DNA of 64,000 nt from Patescibacteria group bacterium (lineage in GTDB: Bacteria; Patescibacteriota; WWE3; UBA101185; UBA10185), in contig BPJL01000003.1 in the NCBI GenBank assembly GCA_026004595.1, positions 34,984 to 98,983 on the forward strand. Direction: 5' to 3'. Of this stretch, positions 1 to 9,261 are shown piece by piece (the stretch's first letter is position 1; every line of letters starts with the position of its first letter). The notes beneath the pieces are model-generated. The model did no database searches. It was not told the origin of the DNA and worked only from the letters and a program-made list of their open reading frames with translations. The position numbers were made by a program, and so were the translations under genes.

Positions 1-961
1 TTTTGATATATTAATAGGTACGCACGCTCTCCTTTTTTCCAAAGAAAAATACCGGGAAGTCGGTTTTGTGGTGGTAGATGAGCAGCATAGGTTTGGAGTG
101 GAGCAGAGGGGTAGGTTATTAAACCTAACCGAAGTAGATGCAACTCCCCACTTTCTTGCATTAACAGCAACCCCAATACCCAGAACTCTTGCCCTAACCC
201 TTTATGGCGACCTTTCTATATCCGTGCTGACCACACACCCCAATGAACGCAGAAAAGTAACCACCAAAGTCATACCGGAGTCGGCCCGGGATAAAGCATA
301 TAAATGGATTAGGCAGAAAAATATGTCAACATTCATTGTGTGTCCTTTAATTGAACAAAGTGAAAATATAAGCCTTGAAAATGTAAAAGCTGCCCAAGCC
401 GAGTTTGAGTCCCTAAAAAAGAAATATTTCGCAGATTTGGAGATAGGCCTACTTCACGGACGCATGAAACCAAAAGAAAAAGAGATGGTTATTGAAAGCT
501 TTAGGAAAGGGGAAATCAAAATATTGGTGTCCACTCCCGTAATTGAAGTCGGTATTGATGTTCCCGAAGCCAATATAATGGTTATTGAAAGCGCTGAAAG
601 ATACGGTTTGGCAAGTTTGCACCAGCTCAGGGGCAGGGTTGGGCGAGGTGATAAAGAAGGCTACTGCTTAGCTTTTATGAGTTCTTACAACAGGGATGCT
701 TACATGAGACTTAAGAATCTTGAGACCATCAGTAACGGCAAGGAACTAGCCGAGATAGATATGAGAACAAGGGGGCAGGGCGATATATTCGGCACGGAAC
801 AACACGGATTTAAAAGATTTAAAATAGCGGACCTTTACAATGTTAAAATGCTTGAAGAGGCGAAGCAGGAAGCGCAGGAAATTTACCCATTCTTAGATTA
901 TTACCCCGAACTAAAAGAAAAATTGACACGGGAGCACGGAGACTATATACCTAAAAACTAA
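1..961 (+). CDS. recG: ATP-dependent DNA helicase RecG, C-terminal part (5' end lies upstream of window)
   Basis: The frame of ORF 68..961 is open back to nt 2 (FDILIGTHALLFSKEKYREVGFVVVDEQHRFGV), so the gene starts outside the window. DEQH helicase motif II, followed by a RecG-type C-terminal helicase domain (LHQLRGRVGRG). Confidence 0.85.
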   Translation, partial: FDILIGTHALLFSKEKYREVGFVVVDEQHRFGVEQRGRLLNLTEVDATPHFLALTATPIPRTLALTLYGDLSISVLTTHPNERRKVTTKVIPESARDKAYKWIRQKNMSTFIVCPLIEQSENISLENVKAAQAEFESLKKKYFADLEIGLLHGRMKPKEKEMVIESFRKGEIKILVSTPVIEVGIDVPEANIMVIESAERYGLASLHQLRGRVGRGDKEGYCLAFMSSYNRDAYMRLKNLETISNGKELAEIDMRTRGQGDIFGTEQHGFKRFKIADLYNVKMLEEAKQEAQEIYPFLDYYPELKEKLTREHGDYIPKN

Positions 962-963
962 TT

Positions 964-1518
964 ATGGAATTAAGAATAACCGCCGGTTCGGCAAAAAACA
1001 AAAAATTGAAGGTGCCTAATATTCCGGGCTATAGAGCAGTTCAAGAAGTTGCCAAATCTTCGTTATTCTCAATAATCGGGGATAAAATCTTTGATGCGGT
1101 ATGCCTAGATTTATTCGCCGGGAGTGGTAATTTGGGAATAGAAGCCTTGAGCAGAGGTGCGGCATGGTGCGACTTTGTAGATTCAAACAAAGAAAGTGTT
1201 GAGGCCATAAAGGAAAATATCGAAAACTGCGGTTTTTTTGAAAAGTCTTCTGTCTGGCTAAAAAAAGCAAACAAGTATCTTGCAGCGACCAATAATAAGT
1301 ATGATCTTATCTTCATGGATCCGTTCTACAATGATCTAGCTCAACAACACCTTCTAAATTTGATTTCGAAACATCTAAAGGATAAAGGACAGCTCATATA
1401 CCTTCACGGAACTTCACAGAATATAAAAGATATGGTAGAGAAAGCAAAATTAACTATAACCGATATAAGATCTTATGGAAATGCTTCTTTTAGTATAATT
1501 ACAACAGCAGAAAAATAG
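964..1518 (+). CDS. rsmD: 16S rRNA (guanine966-N2)-methyltransferase RsmD
   Basis: SAM-binding motif LDLFAGSGNLGIEALSRGA. Length of 184 aa is typical of RsmD. Confidence 0.8.
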   Translation: MELRITAGSAKNKKLKVPNIPGYRAVQEVAKSSLFSIIGDKIFDAVCLDLFAGSGNLGIEALSRGAAWCDFVDSNKESVEAIKENIENCGFFEKSSVWLKKANKYLAATNNKYDLIFMDPFYNDLAQQHLLNLISKHLKDKGQLIYLHGTSQNIKDMVEKAKLTITDIRSYGNASFSIITTAEK

Positions 1519-1655
1519 TCATTTTTTTTATAGATCACCCACTAGCCAAGGTGGGAAGGTGCCACAAATAGAGTAAAGTTTTTTACTTTTGAACATCAAC
1601 AGTTTTCATTCCGAAACATCCAAAACACTCAAATCATAAACTCTCCGAGGCACTT

Positions 1656-1700
1656 TTATAAAGCCAATTGAATACCTAAGAACATTTCAAGTGGTTTATT
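1656..1700 (+). repeat. copy A of a roughly 80-nt hairpin-containing repeat (AAAGCCAATTGAA...TTCAAGTGGTTT)
   Basis: Similar to 2350-2396 (AAAGCCACTTGAA...TCCAAGTGGCTTT), including loop and flanks (AAATCTGACAAAA vs AGATTTGACAGCA). Confidence 0.4.
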
Positions 1701-1919
1701 CCTTAAATTTTTTACTAAATCTGACAAAATCCAGCCTATTTACCACATGTTTCTGACCACACAGCAACATCAAAGATCTCTTTTTGATAGTGAACTAGCA
1801 TATTAGTTGTTCGATCCCAACTAACTTATAGACCAACGAAGATCATAGATAATACAAGACTGTTTAAAACCCAAAAAGCAACTTAATTTATATCTCTTAA
1901 CAATCCGCTACAAGCGGAT

Positions 1920-1947
1920 TTGTAATATGCCTTTTTATATGTATAAT
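1920..1947 (+). promoter_or_regulatory. near-consensus sigma70-type promoter: TTGTAA, 16-nt spacer, TATAAT
   Basis: TTGTAA at 1920-1925 and TATAAT at 1942-1947, about 40 nt upstream of the ATG at 1986. A perfect hairpin AATCCGC-tacaa-GCGGATT at 1901-1919 overlaps the -35. Confidence 0.5.
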
Positions 1948-1985
1948 CGTAAAACATCTGTTTCTATCTAAAAAGGAGAGTAAAA

Positions 1986-2330
1986 ATGGAAGAGCGTATA
2001 GTAGCAAAAATTTTGGAAAGTCAAAACAAAAGGATAGAGGTATATGTCAGCCTATCCTCTGCCAGAACAGTCCTCACTATTGTAGTTTACGAAAAGGTAG
2101 ACTACGAAAAATGGCAGGAAATTGACACTCTTACCATCCACGGAGAGTTAAACCGTGGCACACCCTTCGAGTTTAGGTGGTTCGTCCAAAAATACCAACC
2201 TCGTGGGGCAGACTGGTACAGAGAAATTTTGGAATGGTGGGCACGGGTAGCTTGGGATCAGATTAGAGAGGCGATGCAGCAAGCACTGATGGAAAAGCTG
2301 AACGGCTCCAAAACAAAAAAAGCAAAGTAA
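1986..2330 (+). CDS. hypothetical protein (114 aa)
   Basis: Isolated ORF with a strong SD (AAAGGAGAG, 8 nt before the ATG), a near-consensus promoter upstream and a hairpin terminator downstream. No recognisable family. Confidence 0.45.
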   Translation: MEERIVAKILESQNKRIEVYVSLSSARTVLTIVVYEKVDYEKWQEIDTLTIHGELNRGTPFEFRWFVQKYQPRGADWYREILEWWARVAWDQIREAMQQALMEKLNGSKTKKAK

Positions 2331-2352
2331 AACAAAGCAAAAAAACGCTTTT

Positions 2353-2396
2353 AAAGCCACTTGAACATCCAGCAAGATTCCAAGTGGCTTTTTTAT
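2353..2396 (+). terminator. rho-independent terminator after ORF 1986..2330
   Basis: Stem AAAGCCACTTG / CAAGTGGCTTT followed by TTTTTTAT. Confidence 0.6.
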
Positions 2397-2612
2397 ATCT
2401 ACACCAGATTTGACAGCACTTGAATTTACCCTTATATTTCTCGATGTATGGCAGTACCAAAAAGAAGACACTCCAAATCAAGAACAAGAAAAAAACGAAA
2501 CGCTCACTATAAAAGAGAGCGTGTTCATGTTGTACAGACATCAGATAAAAAAGCATATAAAAGGCCCCATGTAGAAGAGTACATAGAACTATAAATTGGA
2601 TATAATTACAAA

Positions 2613-3050
2613 ATGAAGTCTCTTTCCGATCCAAGGCACACTTCCAGAAAACTGGCTTTAAGTTCAATTTTTTGCTGGCTTTTCAATGAAGCCGACAGGG
2701 AAGAGGCTGTTCTTCTTTCGGAGGATCTTTTGGAAAGCCCGGCCGGAGAACGCGATACCGAACTAATAGAATACATATTTGAAGGGGTCAAAACCCACAT
2801 TAACGAGATAGACAAAATTATTGAAGAATGCGCGCCGGAATGGCCTATTGACAAAATAGCCAAAATTGATTTAGTAGTACTCAGAATTGCTATATTTGAG
2901 CTTGTGTTTGGCAAAAAAGCACCTGTCAAAGTAGTAGTGGACGAGGCCGTTGAACTCGCAAAAGAATTCGGAAACGACACGTCACACAAGTTTGTAAACG
3001 GAGTTCTGGGCACTGTGATAGAAAAATATTTAAAAATCAAAAATGACTAA
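2613..3050 (+). CDS. nusB: transcription antitermination factor NusB
   Basis: NusB-like helical protein (IDKIAKIDLVVLRIAIFELVF). Sits directly upstream of an rnc operon. Confidence 0.7.
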   Translation: MKSLSDPRHTSRKLALSSIFCWLFNEADREEAVLLSEDLLESPAGERDTELIEYIFEGVKTHINEIDKIIEECAPEWPIDKIAKIDLVVLRIAIFELVFGKKAPVKVVVDEAVELAKEFGNDTSHKFVNGVLGTVIEKYLKIKND

Positions 3051-3279
3051 CGAATACTTTGGAAAGATCAAAAAAATAATAGAAGAGTATACCGGAGTCC
3101 CGCCTGCCGACATACACGAAAACTCTTTTTTTGAGGAAGACTTGAATATTGGGGAGATGGATCTTCTAGAGATCCTCTCGGAGCTTGAAGAAATATACCA
3201 TGTGGATCTTATATCCGAGCAGGAAAATATTTCTACAGTACAAGACGTTATTGACATTATTAGTGAAAAAATTGATTAG
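3043..3279 (+). CDS. acyl carrier protein homolog lacking the phosphopantetheine-attachment serine (DSL motif reads GEM)
   Basis: 78 aa. Aligns along its full length with bacterial AcpP (KKIIEE..GV....F.EDL.....L.ELEE.....TVQ..ID.I). Located upstream of rnc, as acpA is in Bacillus. Confidence 0.7.
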   Translation: MTNEYFGKIKKIIEEYTGVPPADIHENSFFEEDLNIGEMDLLEILSELEEIYHVDLISEQENISTVQDVIDIISEKID

Positions 3280-3347
3280 TCCCCGGCCGTATTTTACCCG
3301 TGACAGGATCGCGGGCCAAGTTCGGAATGGGCACGAAAAAAAATATA

Positions 3348-4046
3348 ATGGCCTTCGATTTTGAAAGAGCAAAAAAAATTTTGGGCGAAGATTTATCAAA
3401 CGAGAACCTTCTCAAAACAGCCTTTACACACCGTTCTTACCTAAACGAGCATCGTGAATACCCGAACCCCTCAAATGAGAGGCTTGAGTTTCTTGGCGAT
3501 GCCGTTCTGCAATTATTATCAAGCGAATACTTGTATAAAGAATACCCCGATGCCCCAGAAGGCGACTTGACTAACTACAGATCCTCAGTTGTCTGCACCC
3601 CTTCCCTTGCAGAGGAGGCAAGAAGAATGGGATACGGAGATCTTCTTCTTCTTTCCAATGGAGAAGAAGCCACAGGTGGGCGTGAAAGGGAATACATTCT
3701 TGCCAATACTTTCGAGGCCGTACTGGGCGCCTTATACCTGGAAAAAGGGCTTGATAGATGCCGCGCTTTTTTGGAAAAAGAGTTATTCCCCAAAATAAAA
3801 GACCTGGTTGAAAACAACATATACAAAGACGCCAAATCTAAATTTCAAGAGTTGGCTCAAGAAAAATTCGGTGTTACACCGATATACCAAGTTGTTGATT
3901 CCTGGGGCCCAGACCACGAAAAAACATTTAAAATGAGCGTATTTATCGGCAAAGAAAGCTGGGGAGTCGGTGAAGGCAAAAGTAAGCAGAGGGCTGAACA
4001 AGCGGCGGCAGAAAACGCCATAAAGAGGCTCGAAAAAGAGGGATAG
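3348..4046 (+). CDS. rnc: ribonuclease III
   Basis: RNase III signature ERLEFLGDAVLQLLSSEYLY, with a dsRBD at the C-terminus. The ORF opens at 3300; the Met at 3348 is the more likely start. Confidence 0.85.
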   Translation: MAFDFERAKKILGEDLSNENLLKTAFTHRSYLNEHREYPNPSNERLEFLGDAVLQLLSSEYLYKEYPDAPEGDLTNYRSSVVCTPSLAEEARRMGYGDLLLLSNGEEATGGREREYILANTFEAVLGALYLEKGLDRCRAFLEKELFPKIKDLVENNIYKDAKSKFQELAQEKFGVTPIYQVVDSWGPDHEKTFKMSVFIGKESWGVGEGKSKQRAEQAAAENAIKRLEKEG

Positions 4047-4102
4047 TGTGTAATTTCAGGGTTATGGACAACGTCTTACCCATCTGTTAGAATCTACCAG
4101 TT

Positions 4103-4438
4103 ATGTCAGTCAGCATAAGATTATCGCGAACAGGAAGAAAAAACTTACCATCTTACAGGGTGGTGGTAACCCAAACCAGAACCAAAAGAGACGGCAAGGT
4201 GTTAGATATCATTGGCCATTTCAATCCCTCAAGCACCCCTATCTCATTTGAAATTGACAAGAAAAAGTTTCAAGAGTGGATAGAAAAAGGCGCCATAGCA
4301 TCAGAATCTGTAAAAAAACTGGTTGAGGGAAAGTACGAATATCTAAAGTACAAGCCAAAGAAAGAGGAGAAAAAACCTGAAGCTTCTAAAGAAATGGCAG
4401 TTGCGGGATCTGAGATACCTGCCGAAATGGCGGCCTAA
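4103..4438 (+). CDS. rpsP: 30S ribosomal protein S16, with a Lys/Glu-rich C-terminal extension
   Basis: MSVSIRLSRTGRKNLPSYRVVV is a typical S16 N-terminus. At 111 aa it carries about 30 extra C-terminal residues. Confidence 0.85.
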   Translation: MSVSIRLSRTGRKNLPSYRVVVTQTRTKRDGKVLDIIGHFNPSSTPISFEIDKKKFQEWIEKGAIASESVKKLVEGKYEYLKYKPKKEEKKPEASKEMAVAGSEIPAEMAA

Positions 4439-4444
4439 TTTATC

Positions 4445-4687
4445 ATGAAAGAGTTTATCAAATATATTGTCCAGCAAATAGTGTCCCAGCCCGACCAGGT
4501 AGAGGTGAATGAAGTGAATGAGAACGGCGTCTTTATTTACACAATATCAGCAGCAAAAGAAGATATGGGCACTCTAATCGGCAAGGAAGGAAGAAACATC
4601 AAGAGCATAAGAAACATGGCTAAAGCCAAAGCGATAAAGGACAATATAAGAATAAGTGTTAACATTAAGGAAGATGATCAAATTTAA
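4445..4687 (+). CDS. KH-domain RNA-binding protein (YlqC/UPF0109-like)
   Basis: GTLIGKEGRNIKSIR KH motif. Lies between rpsP and trmD, the conserved position for this protein. Confidence 0.65.
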   Translation: MKEFIKYIVQQIVSQPDQVEVNEVNENGVFIYTISAAKEDMGTLIGKEGRNIKSIRNMAKAKAIKDNIRISVNIKEDDQI

Positions 4688-5345
4688 CATTCTGACCTTA
4701 TTTCCCGAACTTATCCAACCCTATCTTGAACATTTGCCTCTCAAAAGAGCCGTTGAAAAAAAGTGTGCTGAATATGAGCTGTGGAATCTTAGAAAGTACG
4801 CAATGGACAAAAGGGGGACAGTTGATGACAAACCTTACGGCGGGGGAGTAGGTATGCTTTTAATGGTTGAACCTATATACACCGCCCTCTCATCCATTCA
4901 TAATGAGCCGCCGGAGCAAACTGTCAAAAAAGGCGGAACCCGAATCATACTCCTCTCACCCCGAGGTAAAAAATACACTCAAAAATACGCTGAAGAACTT
5001 TCGAAAGAACAAAACTTAACTATTATCTGCGGCAGGTACGAGGGTGTTGACGCCAGAGTAGAGGAGAATTACGTCACCGATGTTATAAGCGTGGGAGATT
5101 ACGTTTTGTCAGGAGGCGAAATTCCCGCCCTTATAATTCTCGAAAGCGTCACTAGACTTCTTCCGGGAGTGTTGGAAAAAGAAGAGGCCATATCCATAGA
5201 GTCTTTCTCCAACGGAGCAATTGAGTTCCCACAATACACAAGACCCGAAGAATTCAAGGGGAAAAAAGTTCCCGATGTTCTCCTATCAGGAAACCATAAG
5301 GAAATTGAAAAGTGGAAGAAAGAACACTCTCCCCAAATCAGCTAA
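4674..5345 (+). CDS. trmD: tRNA (guanine37-N1)-methyltransferase TrmD
   Basis: KFNILTLFPELIQPYLE and the SPOUT fold motifs. The ORF opens at 4656; Met-7 at 4674 is the likely start. Confidence 0.85.
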   Translation: MIKFNILTLFPELIQPYLEHLPLKRAVEKKCAEYELWNLRKYAMDKRGTVDDKPYGGGVGMLLMVEPIYTALSSIHNEPPEQTVKKGGTRIILLSPRGKKYTQKYAEELSKEQNLTIICGRYEGVDARVEENYVTDVISVGDYVLSGGEIPALIILESVTRLLPGVLEKEEAISIESFSNGAIEFPQYTRPEEFKGKKVPDVLLSGNHKEIEKWKKEHSPQIS

Positions 5346-5346
5346 T

Positions 5347-6201
5347 TTAAAAATTGAACGACGTTTCCTCCGAAGGGGTTGGTTCTGCGGATGGTGCTTC
5401 TACAGCGCCCTCAAAAGGAGTTTCTTCGGATGGGGCAACATCTTCAACCTTAACCTCACTATTCAAAAACTCGTAATACTTGTAATCTTTTATACTGTTT
5501 ATGAAAGAAATAAAACTGGGGGATGTTACATCCAAAGTAATAGGGTCGTCAGTGACAGCCACCGATTGTACATACATGTATGGCGAGTCAACATTAACGT
5601 TTACATTTATAAGAGATCCGTCATTCTCATCTGAGGTTGCTCCAAACCTGAACGTTGTGACATAAGCTATTCTTGCAGCCCTTTCAATTTCCTGCATAAA
5701 AACAATCATTTGGTCATAAGTTCCTGTAATAGACATCGTAACGTTGACAATTCCACTAACATCTTCCTTCCTCTGCGTAGACGTTGCATCCGGATTTGTT
5801 TCGGTGGTAGCGCCCGAACCTGAATAAGAATAGTTTAAACGATCAACAGTCATTCCCGCATTTGTGGCAATCTGATGTACCTCATCCAGAAGCTGAGGCA
5901 CATTGGATTCTGAAGCATACAATCTTTCCACCATTTCTGCATCTTCCTTCAAAACAGCGTCGTAGTCTTTCATTTTCGTGAGAGCGGATGCTTTAGTATT
6001 CAACACTTCAAGAATAGCCGACTTGCTTACAAGTTCGGCCTTCATATCATTGATTTTTTTATAAGTTGGTTTTATGTAAAAGAAAAAGAGAGAGACAGTA
6101 ATTAACAGGCCAATAAGCGGAAAGACAAAGTCCAAAATAGCATCCTTAAAAGCTCCAAGTTTTATGCTCTTAATTTGTTTCTCTATAGACTCTTCGTTCA
6201 T
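5347..6201 (-). CDS. pilO: type IV pilus assembly protein PilO-like (bitopic)
   Basis: One N-terminal TM helix followed by a coiled coil. Directly downstream of pilN and pilM on the same strand. Confidence 0.5.
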   Translation of the reverse strand: MNEESIEKQIKSIKLGAFKDAILDFVFPLIGLLITVSLFFFYIKPTYKKINDMKAELVSKSAILEVLNTKASALTKMKDYDAVLKEDAEMVERLYASESNVPQLLDEVHQIATNAGMTVDRLNYSYSGSGATTETNPDATSTQRKEDVSGIVNVTMSITGTYDQMIVFMQEIERAARIAYVTTFRFGATSDENDGSLINVNVNVDSPYMYVQSVAVTDDPITLDVTSPSFISFINSIKDYKYYEFLNSEVKVEDVAPSEETPFEGAVEAPSAEPTPSEETSFNF

Positions 6202-6213
6202 TTTTAATTTCCT

Positions 6214-6798
6214 TTATCTCTCATTAAGTTTCAACTTTGACGAGTCGTAATTTATAACTATAAAAAACCTTACTGTGTTTTTGTTTTGATCCAGTGTTAC
6301 CGAATTTAACTTAACTTCCGTAAACAATTCTTTAAGCAATGGATCCCCGCCAGAAAATTCCTTATTCAGTAAGCTATTTATAAAATTTGCAATAAGAATG
6401 TAATTATCAGCATTGCCTGTATAATTCACCATTCCGTCTTTTACATCAACAGTTTCGGTAATTACACCCTCAGGCTGCCTTGCCTTGAGCTCGGATAAGA
6501 GGCGTGAGTAGTGAAGTCTTGAGTTTATTACGGAAATTATCGAGTTATATTTCTTGTCAAGATTTCTAAGAAGCACCTCGGTGGATGACATTGCCTTGAT
6601 TTTCGTCCTTTGGGATTCTATTTGGTTGTCAGTATCCTCAAGCTGAGCCGAAATATTAGCCGATTCTCTATACAAATAGGCCGATATCCCAAAGGCAACT
6701 ATTGTCAAAACAAGGAAAAAAATAGTTCCGCTCCTAACGGCCTTTTTCTTGACCTGATACTGAACCTCTTCCTGTGGAATAAGATTAATGTTTTCCAT
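6214..6798 (-). CDS. pilN: type IV pilus assembly protein PilN
   Basis: MENINLIPQE N-terminus (INLLP-type), one TM helix and a coiled coil. Translationally coupled to pilM. Confidence 0.6.
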   Translation of the reverse strand: MENINLIPQEEVQYQVKKKAVRSGTIFFLVLTIVAFGISAYLYRESANISAQLEDTDNQIESQRTKIKAMSSTEVLLRNLDKKYNSIISVINSRLHYSRLLSELKARQPEGVITETVDVKDGMVNYTGNADNYILIANFINSLLNKEFSGGDPLLKELFTEVKLNSVTLDQNKNTVRFFIVINYDSSKLKLNER

Positions 6799-7830
6799 CT
6801 ATATTTCCCTCAATGCTAGACCAACAGCTGTTGAATACATCGGCCCCTCAAGATTTAAATCCTTTCTTCTTGGCTCGAGCTTAGGAGAAAAGCGAAAGTT
6901 TGCCAGTGGATTGGCTAACTGAACCTCAAAATCAACATTTTTTGCTACATAGGTTAGTAATTCAGGCATTAGGGCAGTTCCTCCTGTTAATATTAACCTC
7001 TTAATGTTAGCAGAGGTATTATGCTTTGTGAAGAAGACAGTCGCCCTGTTTACCTCAAGGATGAGATTGTCTATAACTGGGCGAATAACGTTAAATATTT
7101 TCCCTTCGGCCTGCATCGGATCCATCCCGTAAACCTTCTTGTATTCCTCGGCCTGTTGTACATCAAGATTTAGCTCCTGTTGAATCGCCCGAGTAATAAC
7201 ATCCCCACCCATGGGAATAGATCTTGTAAACCTGACGGTGCCCCCATAAGTGACAACTATTATCGTCCCGGAAAACCCCATATCCATGATTATGGTTCCC
7301 AAAGGAGCATCGGCTGAATCCCCTAAAACACGCCCTAAGGCCACGGTTTCGGGCTCTATAGCGTAAGGGACCAATTTTGCCTTTTTAGCTATCATTACAT
7401 ACCTTTCCAGAACATCTTTTTTTGCAGCAACTACTTGAACATTTATTTTATCCTTCTCTGTTAGATCAGGATCCAAACGTTGGTAAGAGAGGTTGATTTG
7501 ATCAAGGGGAAGTGGGATGTATTGCTCAGCTTCATATCTGACAGCGCTTCTAAGCTCTTTATCGCTCATCGCTGGAACTTTAATTATGCGCATGAAAACT
7601 TGGCTCTCATCCAACCCCATAACGATGTGAGAAGTACCAAAACCCATTTCCTTGAAAAAATCAGCTATGTGGCTGGCAATTTTATCAATATCTTCTTTTT
7701 GGTCTGATAGAAAATTGATCTTTGGATTCTCGTAAGTTCCAATATTAGATATAATCAACCCGTCTTTCTTTTTGTCCAATTCCACGGCTCTGAACGTGGT
7801 TCTTCCGAAGTTTAAACCAACTATGGGCAT
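6799..7830 (-). CDS. pilM: type IV pilus assembly ATPase-fold protein PilM
   Basis: Actin-like (FtsA/PilM) fold motifs, 343 aa. First gene of a pilMNO trio. Confidence 0.8.
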   Translation of the reverse strand: MPIVGLNFGRTTFRAVELDKKKDGLIISNIGTYENPKINFLSDQKEDIDKIASHIADFFKEMGFGTSHIVMGLDESQVFMRIIKVPAMSDKELRSAVRYEAEQYIPLPLDQINLSYQRLDPDLTEKDKINVQVVAAKKDVLERYVMIAKKAKLVPYAIEPETVALGRVLGDSADAPLGTIIMDMGFSGTIIVVTYGGTVRFTRSIPMGGDVITRAIQQELNLDVQQAEEYKKVYGMDPMQAEGKIFNVIRPVIDNLILEVNRATVFFTKHNTSANIKRLILTGGTALMPELLTYVAKNVDFEVQLANPLANFRFSPKLEPRRKDLNLEGPMYSTAVGLALREI

Positions 7831-7883
7831 ACTAAGATTCTACTATCCTTTCTAGGCACAGACAAGATAATTCTTGAATAAAT

Positions 7884-8699
7884 TTAATTGTTATAACTAT
7901 TGGTAAGGTCAGATGTCTGGCTTGTTTGGAGCAAAGAATAGTCAAAAAAGGTGGGCGCCATGGGATCGGTTTTTAAAACAACCACGTTTTTCACGGTTTC
8001 GCCAGAGTAGCCGCGCGCATTAATTACAATGCCCTGCTTGGGTATAAATTGACCCACCGCCGGAACCACAAAAACACCCGCACTTTGGTAGTAGGTGCGG
8101 AGTCTTAAATACCGGGGGTTGCCGACTGCCGTTAAAGAAAAGCAGTTAGGGTAACCATGGTTAGCAGAGGCCGTATCAAACCCATTATCGTTGTGTGAGG
8201 AAGATACTGCGTTCACAGAGTATGGAGTCAATTTTAGGATCCCAGAATCCTCATATATATAAGCCGCATGAATTGATGCCGCTCCCCGCCAACAAATGTC
8301 TACCATGCTCCCCGAAGTATACCCGAGCAAACTGACCTGCCCTGCTTCGCCGGGCTCAAGATTAAGAGAGAAAGGATCGGCGCTGTTGCCGGAGTAGGTG
8401 AGTGTAGCTTCGGCCCTTACAACATTTCCGTTCGGCTCGGTTATGGAGTAAAGGCAGGCATTGGCACAGTTTCCGAAAACAATATATCCTTCAAGGGTTT
8501 CATTGGGAACTACAAGTAGGCGCTCCACTATTGCCTCAGCAGCTTTTAGTGCCTTCGCGCTGTCATCAGTTCGGATAAGACCTTTTAAAGCTCCAAGAAA
8601 GCGGTTAGAGATTGTTATGCCTACGGTTGTGGCAATGATCATAAGTAAAACTATTATTACCAGGGTCTGGCCTTTATTGTTTTTGGTGCACATTTTCAT
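7884..8699 (-). CDS. pilus-associated protein with a PilX-like N-terminal hydrophobic segment
   Basis: N-terminus KGQTLVIIVLLMIIATTVGITIS resembles PilX_N. There is no Glu at +5. Cys-containing C-terminal domain. Placed between the pilin array and pilM. Confidence 0.4.
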   Translation of the reverse strand: MKMCTKNNKGQTLVIIVLLMIIATTVGITISNRFLGALKGLIRTDDSAKALKAAEAIVERLLVVPNETLEGYIVFGNCANACLYSITEPNGNVVRAEATLTYSGNSADPFSLNLEPGEAGQVSLLGYTSGSMVDICWRGAASIHAAYIYEDSGILKLTPYSVNAVSSSHNDNGFDTASANHGYPNCFSLTAVGNPRYLRLRTYYQSAGVFVVPAVGQFIPKQGIVINARGYSGETVKNVVVLKTDPMAPTFFDYSLLQTSQTSDLTNSYNN

Positions 8700-8721
8700 T
8701 GTTTTGTAAATTTTGTCAAAA

Positions 8722-9261
8722 CTAATACGAGTTTCTAACCGTGACAGTAGTATTCACTTGAACTGTTCCAGAAAAAGTCGCTCCGGTACCGCTAGATGGT
8801 GACATTTGCATATTTATAGATACCGTTTTGGGAGTTGTATTTGAAACTGTAAAACAAAAGCTTGAGCAACTTACCGTGACACCGCCAGTGCCCGATCTAG
8901 ATGTCACATCAAATGTAGATGGACCGGGGTAAGTAATTTTCATAACACCGTTTTCAAGAAAATATGTTATCGTCGTACCGTCACTTTTTTGGATAATTAG
9001 GGTGTTAGATCCACCTGCTGGAGTCAATATATCGTTTGCGCTCCTGATTTCGCGCTCAAATTTCAATCCTAAAAAATTCGCCTGTTGTTCTAGTTCATTT
9101 TTCACTTGGGTCTTGCTGTAGCTGCGCACCAGTGAAGTCAATATGTCGTTAGTGATACCTATAGATATGCCAAGAAGCCCTATCACCACCAGTAGTTCAA
9201 CCAGCGTGAAACCGGAGTTTGAATTCATTTTATTTACAGCTTTTTTCATTTTCCCTGCCAA
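8722..9261 (-). CDS. type IV pilin / pseudopilin (prepilin N-terminal cleavage/methylation motif)
   Basis: NSG|FTLVELLVVIGLLGI class III signal with Glu at +5. Confidence 0.7.
   Translation of the reverse strand: MAGKMKKAVNKMNSNSGFTLVELLVVIGLLGISIGITNDILTSLVRSYSKTQVKNELEQQANFLGLKFEREIRSANDILTPAGGSNTLIIQKSDGTTITYFLENGVMKITYPGPSTFDVTSRSGTGGVTVSCSSFCFTVSNTTPKTVSINMQMSPSSGTGATFSGTVQVNTTVTVRNSY

Noticed and set aside
1016-1316. ORFs 1016..1270(-) and 1041..1316(-), antisense within rsmD
   Set aside because: Fully embedded in the opposite strand of a well-supported CDS, with low-complexity translations. Treated as spurious.
2148-3040. ORFs 2148..2471(-), 2263..2667(-) and 2606..3040(-), antisense to the orphan ORF and nusB
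   Set aside because: They overlap confident sense-strand genes and terminator/promoter regions. The translations are Phe/Leu/Cys-rich, typical of antisense AT-rich DNA.
5221-5634. ORF 5221..5634(+) overlapping the trmD end and pilO
   Set aside because: Antisense to pilO and out of frame with trmD. Low-complexity translation.
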